Assembly: GCA_964370155.1 (NCBI GenBank)
Contig: CAYJIC010000001.1
Coordinates: 1-59,926, forward strand
DNA from: an uncultured Oscillospiraceae bacterium
GTDB lineage: Bacteria > Bacillota > Clostridia > Oscillospirales > Ruminococcaceae
Reading direction: 5' to 3'
DNA length: 59,926 bases
Shown: positions 9,227 to 17,229 of the stretch, piece by piece
Layout: each line of letters starts with the position of its first letter
Position numbering within the stretch: position 1 is the first letter of the stretch
Position numbers and translations under genes: made by a program
The notes under the pieces: model-generated
Database searches by the model: none
Seen by the model: the letters and a program-made list of their open reading frames with translations, nothing else
What the model was told of the DNA's origin: nothing

Positions 9227-9268
9227 TGATGAATAGTCCTTTATTATGTAATATTGCTGTGGGTTAAA

Positions 9269-9297
9269 ACTATATCACAGCAAAAAGAAAAATTCAA
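9269..9297 (-). promoter_or_regulatory. candidate promoter for rimM-trmD
   Basis: On the minus strand: TTGAAT (9297-9292), 17-nt spacer ending in TGA, TATAGT (9274-9269), about 36 nt before the rimM ATG. Confidence 0.55.
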
Positions 9298-9310
9298 CAC
9301 ATGCTGTAAT

Positions 9311-9348
9311 AAAAAAGCGACAACCCTTGTATCCTTTGGGTTGTCGTC
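9311..9348 (-). terminator. intrinsic terminator downstream of the rpsP-KH pair
   Basis: On the minus strand, CGACAACCC/GGGTTGTCG 9-bp stem (9318-9326 / 9338-9346) followed by TTTTTTATT (9316-9308). Confidence 0.75.
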
Positions 9349-9511
9349 TCAGCTTGCAAGTAAAGCACTTTTTTTGCGTAATATAAAAATGTCTGTAAAA
9401 AATACACAAAATATACGCTAAGTGGTTATTTAACATTTCTTAAAAATAAGTGCATTGTATTCGCTTGATGTTTTTGGTTAAGTAATGATTTTGCAAAAAT
9501 TAAAGCAAGTC

Positions 9512-9742
9512 TCAGTCGATTTCGACGCGAGAGCGTTTACCTTCTTTAGCAGCTACAGCGCTCATCACGGTGCGAATAGCGCGTGCTTTGCTACCTTTTT
9601 GACCAATTACTCTACCCTTATCATCTTCTGCCACAATCAGATGGAATACTACTTCTCTGGGGTTTGATTCATCCACAGTTACCTGCACGGCATCAGGGTC
9701 ACTTACCAGCCCTTTTGCCATTGCAATCAGCACATCTTGCAT
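9512..9742 (-). CDS. KH-domain RNA-binding protein (YlqC/UPF0109 family)
   Basis: 76 aa. VIGQKGSKARAIRTV is a KH GxxG-type motif. Position after rpsP is conserved. Confidence 0.9.
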   Translation of the reverse strand: MQDVLIAMAKGLVSDPDAVQVTVDESNPREVVFHLIVAEDDKGRVIGQKGSKARAIRTVMSAVAAKEGKRSRVEID

Positions 9743-9811
9743 TGTTGCTTCTCCTTTCAGGGAGCTCGTCCAGGGAAAGGGACGAGCGTGCCGATATGAG
9801 CAAAATTTTTC

Positions 9812-10054
9812 TTAAAGAACTGATTTTTTCTTTAGCAAAGCACGCACGGTATCTGTGGGCTGAGCACCATTGGAAATCCATTTTTTTGCTTTTTCTGCAT
9901 CAACTTCAATTACAGAAGGATTTTTAGTGGGATCATAGTAACCCAATTCTTCGATGAAACGTCCATCACGAGGAAAGCGTGAGTCTGCCACTACGATGCG
10001 ATAGAAAGGAGCCTTTTTAGCGCCCATACGACGCAATCTGATTTTTACTGCCAT
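9812..10054 (-). CDS. rpsP: 30S ribosomal protein S16
   Basis: [39 protein letters not shown]. Confidence 0.96.
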   Translation of the reverse strand: MAVKIRLRRMGAKKAPFYRIVVADSRFPRDGRFIEELGYYDPTKNPSVIEVDAEKAKKWISNGAQPTDTVRALLKKKSVL

Positions 10055-10160
10055 TTGTCATACCTCCGAGTTTTTTTGAAGAAAGGGAATATTTGTGTGC
10101 CCTTTCATTGGTTGGTTTATATAATAACGGGTTTTCCGAAATTATCGTTTGTAAAATAGA

Positions 10161-11486
10161 TTAAAATCCGCCCATGCCCATACCTCGAGCCATACGCATC
10201 ATCTTTTTGGGGTTGCGCTTGAACTGTTTCATCATTTTAGAAGTTTGTTCATACATTTTCAAAAGACGATTGACGTCTTCTACTTTGGTGCCGCTACCGG
10301 CGGCAATGCGACGCTTGCGTTTTGGATCGATGAGTTTGGGTTTTTCACGTTCAGCTTTTGTCATGCTATGGATTATGGCCTCGATACGCACAAACATATG
10401 CTCGTCGACATCGGCACCGCCACCACCGGGCATCATGGCCATCATAGCGCCAACACCGCCCATTTTTTTCATTTGGTCCAGCTGACTAAGCAAGTCGTTC
10501 ATATCGAATTTGTTTTCCAGCATGCGCTGAGCAGTGCGCTCGGCTTCTTTCATGTCGGTGGCACTTTGTGCTTTTTCAATCAAGCTAAGTACGTCGCCCA
10601 TGCCTAAGATACGACCGGCCATGCGCTCTGGATGGAAAGCTTCGAGATCGTCGATTTTTTCGCCTACACCCACAAACTTTATGGGCTGGCCGGTGACTTC
10701 TCTTACAGATAAAGCAGCGCCACCACGGGTGTCACCATCAAGTTTTGTTAAAATAACACCATTCAAGCCTATGTCATCGGAGAAAGCCTTGGCCACATTA
10801 ACAGCATCTTGGCCTACCATAGCGTCAATAACCAGTAAGGTTTCGTCCACAGATACACTTTCTTTGATGCGACGAAGCTCGCCCATAAGCTCTTCGTCCA
10901 CATGCAACCGACCGGCGGTATCTACAATAACAATGTCATTGCCGTGGTCTTTTGCGTAGGATAGTGCATGTTTGGCTATATTCTCGGGTTTTTCACCGGG
11001 CATGGTATATACAGGAGCACCTGCTTGTTTGCCGACCACATGAAGCTGGTCGATAGCGGCGGGCCTGTATATGTCACAGGCTACCAGCAGAGGTCTGTGA
11101 CCTTGCCTTATGAAAAATTTTGCCAGTTTGGCTGTGTGTGTGGTTTTACCACTACCTTGAAGGCCACACATCATTAAAACAGTGGGTGGGGTGGATTTGA
11201 TGTGGATATATTCGTTCTCTCCACCCATTAGAGCAGTAAGCTCTTCGTTTACGATCTTGATAACCTGCTGAGCCGGAGTAAGGCTGTCCATAACTTCCGA
11301 GCCCACAGAGCGCTCTGAGACACGCTTTATAAATTCTTTGGCAACTTTGATGTTGACGTCCGCTTCCAAAAGAGCAATGCGAACTTCACGCATGGCGGTT
11401 TTGATATCGGCTTCAGATAGCTTGCCTTTGCCGCGAAGTTTTTTGAACACTTGGTTCAGTTTATCGCTCAAAGATTCAAATGCCAC
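10161..11486 (-). CDS. ffh: signal recognition particle protein Ffh
   Basis: 441 aa. GLQGSGKTT, DTAGR, TKLDGD and a Met-rich M domain. Confidence 0.97.
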   Translation of the reverse strand: MAFESLSDKLNQVFKKLRGKGKLSEADIKTAMREVRIALLEADVNIKVAKEFIKRVSERSVGSEVMDSLTPAQQVIKIVNEELTALMGGENEYIHIKSTPPTVLMMCGLQGSGKTTHTAKLAKFFIRQGHRPLLVACDIYRPAAIDQLHVVGKQAGAPVYTMPGEKPENIAKHALSYAKDHGNDIVIVDTAGRLHVDEELMGELRRIKESVSVDETLLVIDAMVGQDAVNVAKAFSDDIGLNGVILTKLDGDTRGGAALSVREVTGQPIKFVGVGEKIDDLEAFHPERMAGRILGMGDVLSLIEKAQSATDMKEAERTAQRMLENKFDMNDLLSQLDQMKKMGGVGAMMAMMPGGGGADVDEHMFVRIEAIIHSMTKAEREKPKLIDPKRKRRIAAGSGTKVEDVNRLLKMYEQTSKMMKQFKRNPKKMMRMARGMGMGGF

Positions 11487-11524
11487 GATGTCTGCCTCCT
11501 TAAGTGTAGTGAATTATGGTAAAA

Positions 11525-11890
11525 TCAGTCAGAGAAAGACTGAATGATGTCGATCATATCGGTGGTGCTTTTTGCGATTTCATCATCTTTATTAAAACCG
11601 AAATTGTTTCGTTGTTCGATGTCCTTGGCTAGTGTCTCGAGTTTTGCAAGGTTTTCTTGAACACGCTGACTGTATGAAGCAAAGCCGATTTTTTCTTCAA
11701 GGTCAAGTAAAATTGTCTCGCCGCGCTTTATAGAATCGCGAACGCCTTGACGCGTTATGCCGAAGTTTTCAGCTATTTCAGATAAAGATAAATCATCGTT
11801 GTAATATTGTGTAATAATATCAAGTTGTTTTTCGGTTAGCACATCGCCGTAAAAATCAATCAAATAAGAAAGGTCAAGGTTTTTTATCAT
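11525..11890 (-). CDS. ylxM: YlxM/UPF0122 putative DNA-binding protein
   Basis: 121 aa. LTEKQLDIITQYYNDDLSLSEIAENFGITRQGVRDSIKR. Conserved position upstream of ffh. Confidence 0.88.
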   Translation of the reverse strand: MIKNLDLSYLIDFYGDVLTEKQLDIITQYYNDDLSLSEIAENFGITRQGVRDSIKRGETILLDLEEKIGFASYSQRVQENLAKLETLAKDIEQRNNFGFNKDDEIAKSTTDMIDIIQSFSD

Positions 11891-11955
11891 GAAAGTACCT
11901 CTCTTTTCAGATTTTTTGAAATTCTGTAAAGTAATTTGCTTTACACAACATCGAT

Positions 11956-11984
11956 ATTATATCTCACACAGAGTTAAATGTCAA
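11956..11984 (-). promoter_or_regulatory. consensus sigma-A promoter for ylxM-ffh
   Basis: On the minus strand: TTGACA (11984-11979), exactly 17 nt, TATAAT (11961-11956). Confidence 0.65.
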
Positions 11985-12035
11985 GAAAAAACATAAAAAA
12001 AGCAAAATATATAAAAGGAAAATGTCGTTGTTTTC

Positions 12036-12064
12036 TTGACAAAAAAGAAAAGCGGACGCATAAT
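12036..12064 (+). promoter_or_regulatory. near-consensus sigma-A promoter for rsmD-coaD
   Basis: TTGACA (12036-12041), 17 nt, CATAAT (12059-12064). Divergent from the ylxM promoter. Confidence 0.6.
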
Positions 12065-12110
12065 GAAAACAGAAATAAAATAGAAACAGTAGTGCCAAAG
12101 GGGTGAAGCG

Positions 12111-12659
12111 GTGCGCATTATAGCGGGCTCGGCGCGTGGCAAGCAGCTGGCAACATTAAAAGGAGAGCATACTCGCCCTACACTGGAACGGGTAAAAGAA
12201 GGCGTGTTTAGTGCGGTGCAGTTTTGGGTGCCGGGTGCACGTGTGTTGGATTTGTTTGCGGGCAGCGGGCAACTTGGCCTAGAGGCACTCAGCCGTGGTG
12301 CGGTGCATTGCACATTTGTGGAAAATGATGCTAAAGCACAGGAGGTACTGCGCAAAAACATAGAGCATACAGGGTTTTCGGGCTCGGCACAAGTAGTGAA
12401 AGCCGATGCGCTTAGGTTTTTGGCCACGACAAGTGAGCGGTATGACCTTGTTTTGCTAGACCCACCATATGATAGTGGTTTTTTACCTGATAAGCTTTTA
12501 GAAGTGGCGCTTGTGTGCGCTAAAAGAGCCGAAGTGATATGTGAAAGTGATGCAAAACTGGAGTTTCCAAGCGCAATAGGTGATTTGCATCTTAAAAAGC
12601 AATATAAATACGGTACAGTCAAGGTTAGCCGATATATTATTGATAAAGATGAGGGATAA
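12111..12659 (+). CDS. rsmD: 16S rRNA (guanine966-N2)-methyltransferase
   Basis: RIIAGSARG, LDLFAGSGQLGLEALSRGA, LDPPY. GTG start. Confidence 0.92.
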   Translation: MRIIAGSARGKQLATLKGEHTRPTLERVKEGVFSAVQFWVPGARVLDLFAGSGQLGLEALSRGAVHCTFVENDAKAQEVLRKNIEHTGFSGSAQVVKADALRFLATTSERYDLVLLDPPYDSGFLPDKLLEVALVCAKRAEVICESDAKLEFPSAIGDLHLKKQYKYGTVKVSRYIIDKDEG

Positions 12660-13166
12660 ATGGAAAAGCTAGAAAAACGTGTGGCACTGTGTCCGGGAAG
12701 TTACGACCCGGTGACATTAGGACATTTGAATATCGTTCAGCGCAGTGCGGCTTTATTCGATGAAGTAATTGTGGTGGTGCTGAAAAATTCGCAAAAAAAT
12801 TATGCATTTACAGCGGATGAACGTGTGAAAATGCTGGAAAAAGTGACAAAAAATCTACCGAACGTCAAGGTGGATCAATATGACGGCTTGGTGGCAGAAT
12901 ACGCAAAGATAAAAGGTGCGAGGTGCCTTGTGAAGGGTCTTCGTGCCGTGACGGATTTTGAGTATGAGTTTCAAATGGCGCTTATTAATAACAAGCTGAA
13001 CCCGGAAATGGAAACATTGTTTATCAACACCGACATGCAGTACATGTATCTTTCTTCCAGTGTGGTAAGAGAAGTGGCGATGTATGGACGTGAAATATCG
13101 AATTTTGTACCAAAAGAACTTGAAGAAGAAATTTGGCAACGACTGAAGCCAAGCAAGGAGACGTAA
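12660..13166 (+). CDS. coaD: pantetheine-phosphate adenylyltransferase
   Basis: CPGSYDPVTLGHLNIV (HxGH-type), ISSSVVRE. Starts immediately after the rsmD stop. Confidence 0.95.
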   Translation: MEKLEKRVALCPGSYDPVTLGHLNIVQRSAALFDEVIVVVLKNSQKNYAFTADERVKMLEKVTKNLPNVKVDQYDGLVAEYAKIKGARCLVKGLRAVTDFEYEFQMALINNKLNPEMETLFINTDMQYMYLSSSVVREVAMYGREISNFVPKELEEEIWQRLKPSKET

Positions 13167-13168
13167 TT

Positions 13169-13627
13169 ATGAATATTGATGACTTATTGGATTTGATGGA
13201 CGAAAATTTAGAAGATGCGTTTACTGTTCCGCTTACCGGAAAGCGTATGGTGGATGTGGATAAGTTGCGGGATATTATCGATGATATCCGCCTTAATTTG
13301 CCCACAGAGATACGCCAAGCAAAGGCTATTGTCAAGGATAGAGCAGATATTGTAGAGGGAGCTCGTGCTGAAGCAGATGGTATTGTGAAAAAAGCCGAAG
13401 AGCGTGCGCGTGTTATTGTCAGCGAGCAGGCTGTGGTGAAACAAAGCCAGCAACGAGCAACAGAAATCATGCAAAGTGCTCAGCAAAATGCCAAAGAAAT
13501 GCGTACCAGTGTGACGAATTATTGCGAAAATATGCTGCGTCAAACAGAAGAACAGCTGATGAAAAGTTATTCGGAAGTGAAAAATATACGCAGCACGGTG
13601 CGGCAAAAAGAAAAAGCAAACGGATAA
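13169..13627 (+). CDS. coiled-coil protein of unknown function
   Basis: 152 aa from ATG 13169, with AAGGAGA 8 nt upstream. Charged heptad-like sequence (AKAIVKDRADIVEGARAEADGIVKKAEERARVIV). Confidence 0.7.
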   Translation: MNIDDLLDLMDENLEDAFTVPLTGKRMVDVDKLRDIIDDIRLNLPTEIRQAKAIVKDRADIVEGARAEADGIVKKAEERARVIVSEQAVVKQSQQRATEIMQSAQQNAKEMRTSVTNYCENMLRQTEEQLMKSYSEVKNIRSTVRQKEKANG

Positions 13628-13704
13628 ATATTTTGACGTAGATAGCGGAACCTTTATTTGTTGCGCCTTATAGGCTTTATAGCTTTATAGTAAGATATAA
13701 AATT

Positions 13705-13757
13705 ACACCCTCTGATGATAGATATCTTGGTATCTTTCATTCAGAGGGTGTTTTATT
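13705..13757. terminator. bidirectional intrinsic terminator (convergent genes)
   Basis: ACACCCTCTGA (13705-13715) pairs with TCAGAGGGTGT (13741-13751), followed by TTTATT. An A/T tract lies upstream for the opposite strand. Confidence 0.75.
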
Positions 13758-13792
13758 GTGTGTAAACTTGCGGTTATATCATAAATTTGATA

Positions 13793-14884
13793 CTAGTTAG
13801 TGGCGCTGTCTTCCGATGTTTCATCGACTTTTTCGGATTCTTCATCGGTGCCTGGTGTGGAGTCATCGGTGGCGTCCGAGGAAAGGTTTTCGGTGTAAAC
13901 CGGTGTGGGAGCAGGATAAGAAGCGGGCGGTGACTGGTAGAATGGAGTCTGATGATTGTTTTGTTGATAGAAAGTCGGTGGTGGGGGAGTGGGTCTGTTC
14001 TTGCGCTTTTTGCGATTGATGCGCACGATGATAATCACAATAATAAGCACGACTATCAAAAGAATCCAAACAGGCATCATCCAAATAAGCATAAGGCTGA
14101 GATCTTGGAAAAACTCGACGGTGAAATAAAGGCTGTCTTGGAAGGTGGTAACTAAACGTGATAGGTAAGTGTCTTCTTCGGGCACTTCGCTAAGCTGTTT
14201 TACCTCGGTGATATCTATTGATATAGTGGAATAAGATATAAGGCCTTGTAAAGCACGTTGTTGGCCAAGATAAGACTCTATTTCGTACTGCACTTGGGCC
14301 AGTTGGTCTTGGATAAGTATTAAATCGGAAAGCTCGCCGGTCTCGTCCAGTAGCGCTAATAATCGTGCCTCTTGCCTGTTTAAACTTTCAAGCCTTGCTT
14401 CCACATCAATAACCTGCGATGTGAGGTCTTCGCTTTGCTCGCTAAGATTCAAAATTTGGCCGACATCGTTTAAATCGGCTAAAAAATCAGAATACGAGCC
14501 GGCAGGTACCTTGATGCTATAATATGCGCTTCGTGAGTCGCGTACATCGCTGTAAATGTCAGTGTAATCAATATACGCGCTGTGTTTTTGCAAAAGCTCG
14601 GTAAGAGTTTCTTGAGACTGCTCAAATTCGGAAGTTTCCATATACACGTGCGAGCTAAACGTGATTTGTCTGCCGTCGGTAGGGGTGTTTAAAGCAGAGC
14701 CTCCTGATTCGCCGGCTGAATAGTTGGAATAGTCATCTTCTTCGGTCATGACAGCGGCTTCAGGGGCCATGTCATAAGTGGCGGCTTGAGAGATGCTATC
14801 GGTAGCATCGGAGCCACACCCTGCTAAGATAACGATAAAAAGAAAAACAGCAATCACAACAGAAAATTTACGCATTATGGCCAT
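13793..14884 (-). CDS. DUF4349-like lipoprotein with C-terminal TM and Pro-rich/acidic tail
   Basis: MAIMRKFSVVIAVFLFIVILAGCGS lipobox, a coiled-coil core typical of DUF4349, a TM segment (WILLIVVLIIVIIIV), then a PPPPTFYQQ..SPPASYPAPTP tail. ATG 14884 follows GGAGG. Confidence 0.8.
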   Translation of the reverse strand: MAIMRKFSVVIAVFLFIVILAGCGSDATDSISQAATYDMAPEAAVMTEEDDYSNYSAGESGGSALNTPTDGRQITFSSHVYMETSEFEQSQETLTELLQKHSAYIDYTDIYSDVRDSRSAYYSIKVPAGSYSDFLADLNDVGQILNLSEQSEDLTSQVIDVEARLESLNRQEARLLALLDETGELSDLILIQDQLAQVQYEIESYLGQQRALQGLISYSTISIDITEVKQLSEVPEEDTYLSRLVTTFQDSLYFTVEFFQDLSLMLIWMMPVWILLIVVLIIVIIIVRINRKKRKNRPTPPPPTFYQQNNHQTPFYQSPPASYPAPTPVYTENLSSDATDDSTPGTDEESEKVDETSEDSATN

Positions 14885-15215
14885 GACGATACCTCCATGG
14901 AGATGATATATAATCAAGATATTTAAACATTGCTATGTATACATTGTATATCGTGTCAATGTAGAAAAGCAAGTTACAGAAAAGTGGCAGAAATATGAAA
15001 AAATGGTAAAAAAGCAGAAAAAAGTTAAAACTTGATATGAAAACGAAGCCAAAATGCACATTTATCTTTGTGTGTTTTGGCTTTGTTAAGTTCTCTAAAA
15101 GTGATTTTTGAGTAAAAAATACCGTATATTACCCACGAAATTGTTACAGTGATATTAAAAATACAAAAATAACGATAAAATGATAAAAAATAAAACAAAA
15201 AACTATGAAAACCAC

Positions 15216-15244
15216 TTGATTTTTATGTGTTTTGTTGTTATAAT
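15216..15244 (+). promoter_or_regulatory. dcw cluster promoter (Pmra-like)
   Basis: TTGATT (15216-15221), 17 nt, TATAAT (15239-15244). Confidence 0.65.
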
Positions 15245-15253
15245 ATACGAAAC

Positions 15254-15278
15254 GTGGGTAAAAGTGGGTAAAAGTAGG
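15254..15278 (+). promoter_or_regulatory. probable MraZ operator: three direct repeats at 10-bp phasing
   Basis: GTGGGTAAAA GTGGGTAAAA GTAGG (GTGGG at 15254 and 15264, GTAGG at 15274), just downstream of the -10 and 44 nt before mraZ. Confidence 0.6.
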
Positions 15279-15321
15279 TAATTTTAAACACAATGTAAAA
15301 AAAGGAAAGGTGGGGAGGTTA

Positions 15322-15741
15322 ATGTTCATTGGTGAGCATCGGTGTACTTTGGACGACAAAGGCCGATTAAACTTCCCTGCTAAATTTCGTGAAGAGATGA
15401 AGGGCGACTTTATCGTGACAAGATGGCTGGATGATTGCCTTGTGGCTTTTCCACAAACAGAGTGGGAGCGGATATCAGAACTACTCTCGAAAAAAAGTGT
15501 GGTAAAAAGTAGGGATATGCAAAGGCTGCTATATGCGGGGGCGTCACCGGCAAATCCGGACAAACAGGGAAGAATTTTAGTGCCGATGAATTTGCGCAAG
15601 CATGCATCGCTACAAAAAGAGGTAGTGGTCATAGGAGTTGGCAAGCATGCGGAAATATGGAACGCTGAGGCTTGGGAAGAGCGCACAGAAATGTTCTCAG
15701 ACGAGTCTTTGGTAGCGGCCATGGAGGAGCTTGATTTCTAA
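15322..15741 (+). CDS. mraZ: transcriptional regulator MraZ
   Basis: MFIGEHRCTLDDKGRLNFP and a second DKQGRILVP repeat. ATG 15322 follows GGGGAGG. Confidence 0.95.
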   Translation: MFIGEHRCTLDDKGRLNFPAKFREEMKGDFIVTRWLDDCLVAFPQTEWERISELLSKKSVVKSRDMQRLLYAGASPANPDKQGRILVPMNLRKHASLQKEVVVIGVGKHAEIWNAEAWEERTEMFSDESLVAAMEELDF

Positions 15742-16664
15742 TGGAATTTTCTCATAAGTCCGTGATGTTGAATGAGTGCTTGCAGGCACTGGACATAAAG
15801 CCAAACGGTGTTTATGTTGATGGTACAGCAGGCGGTGCAGGGCACTCGAAAGAGATTGCAAAACACTTGGGTAGTGGAATGCTATATGCTTTCGATCAAG
15901 ACCCTGATGCTGTAAAGATTGCGACTGAGCGGCTGATGGGGCTTCCTGCCGAGGTGATAAAATCAAACTTTCAATATGCAAAAGAAGAGCTTGAAAAACG
16001 CGGGATTGAAAGAATTGATGGTGTTTTGCTTGATTTAGGAGTTTCGTCTCATCAGTTGGACACAAGGCAGAGGGGATTTTCTTACCACGATGATGCACCG
16101 CTGGACATGCGCATGAGCCAAAGCGGACCAAGCGCCGCAGACATGGTGGCGGAGTTGTCAAGGGAAGAACTAGCCGATATATTACGAAAATATGGCGAAG
16201 AAAAAGATGCATGGCAAATTGCCGGAAAGATAGTGATGCAAAGGCAGGAGAGCCCTATTGTGACAACGGCTCAATTGGCAGAAGTTATTTTATCGGCATT
16301 GCCCCCCAAAAGAAGACGGAGCGCTAAAAATCCGGCAAGAAAAAGCTTCCAAGCTTTAAGAATTGCGGTAAACGAAGAACTGGATGTTTTGGAATCGGCA
16401 ATGAAAAGCTTGTTTGAAATGCTAAGTCCGAAAGGGCGTATGGTAGTGATAAGTTTTCATTCGCTGGAAGACAGAATAGTAAAACAGCAGTTTAGGCAGT
16501 GGTGCATTGCATGTACTTGTCCAAGGGATTTGCCTATATGCGTGTGTGGTGGGCAGGCGATGGGAAAACTTGTAGGGAAAAACCCGATGGTGGCCACGCA
16601 AGAAGAACTGGAAAACAACAAAAGAAGTCGCAGCGCTAAGCTGCGTGTGATTGAAAAAGTATAA
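15741..16664 (+). CDS. rsmH: 16S rRNA (cytosine1402-N4)-methyltransferase
   Basis: HKSVMLNE, DGTAGGAGHS, DLGVSSHQLD. TAATG overlap with mraZ. Confidence 0.96.
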   Translation: MEFSHKSVMLNECLQALDIKPNGVYVDGTAGGAGHSKEIAKHLGSGMLYAFDQDPDAVKIATERLMGLPAEVIKSNFQYAKEELEKRGIERIDGVLLDLGVSSHQLDTRQRGFSYHDDAPLDMRMSQSGPSAADMVAELSREELADILRKYGEEKDAWQIAGKIVMQRQESPIVTTAQLAEVILSALPPKRRRSAKNPARKSFQALRIAVNEELDVLESAMKSLFEMLSPKGRMVVISFHSLEDRIVKQQFRQWCIACTCPRDLPICVCGGQAMGKLVGKNPMVATQEELENNKRSRSAKLRVIEKV

Positions 16665-16698
16665 ACAATTGTAACGAATGAAGAGAGGGTGTGTTGGC

Positions 16699-17169
16699 AT
16701 GGCGCAAGTTGCATACGATTTAGAACATTTTGCACCCAAGGCAAAAAAAGCTAAAGTGATAAAAGTTTCGACGGTGAACCGTAAAGATGTTGAGCATAAA
16801 ATGCAATTGATGCGTATGATGAAAATGTTGTTTTGCGCTATGGTACTGGTGTGCTTGATAGGTGCGGTGTTGTATACTCAGGCCACGGTGACAGAGCTAC
16901 AGGCGCAAATAACGCAAAAAGAAAAAGAATTAGTTGAAGAAGAGGCACTGTACGCTTACTTAAGCTTTGAGATGGACAATAAAAGTAGTGTGAGAAATAT
17001 TGAAAAAAGTGCGTCGGACATGGGGCTTGTCAGGATGAACAGCGGCCAAGTGACGTATTTTAGAGTGGATGAAAACACCGGAATACAGCTAAAGAAAAAT
17101 CCGGTAGAGCAATTTTTTGATGATACAAAAGCGAATTTCTTGAGTTTTTGGGAGTATATACAGCCATAA
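16699..17169 (+). CDS. ftsL: cell division protein FtsL-like
   Basis: Short cytoplasmic tail, one TM (MLFCAMVLVCLIGAVLY), a coiled coil (ELQAQITQKEKELVEEE), and the conserved position after rsmH. Start is ATG 16699 or 16678. Confidence 0.7.
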   Translation: MAQVAYDLEHFAPKAKKAKVIKVSTVNRKDVEHKMQLMRMMKMLFCAMVLVCLIGAVLYTQATVTELQAQITQKEKELVEEEALYAYLSFEMDNKSSVRNIEKSASDMGLVRMNSGQVTYFRVDENTGIQLKKNPVEQFFDDTKANFLSFWEYIQP

Positions 17170-17229
17170 ACCGAGACACACAAATTGGGAAAACTCAGAA
17201 AAACAGCTTGTTGCAGGAGGACTATAGCT

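Noticed and set aside
10081-10106. Hairpin GAAAGGG...CCCTTTC between ffh and rpsP as a terminator or r-protein leader.
   Set aside because: On the transcribed (minus) strand it is followed by an A-tract, not a T-tract, and I know of no S16 leader motif. It may just be part of the rpsP 5' UTR.
11981-12622. 213-aa ORF antisense to rsmD that reaches into the divergent promoter region.
   Set aside because: rsmD motifs (DPPY, SAM-binding GxGxG) sit on the + strand. The antisense ORF would begin inside the intergenic promoters and has no SD.
15047-15082. Hairpin AGCCAAAA...TTTTGGCT followed by TTGTT in the DUF4349-mraZ intergenic region.
   Set aside because: No gene on either strand ends upstream of it. 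The only ORFs nearby are tiny ones without an SD (for example the 24-codon MKTKPKCTF...). Possibly a remnant or regulatory structure, but unsupported.
15144-15722. 192-aa ORF antisense to mraZ, and 14868-15059 (63 aa) across the DUF4349 start.
   Set aside because: They overlap well-supported genes and the Pmra/MraZ-box region. Their composition is AT-rich read-through with no ribosome-binding sites.
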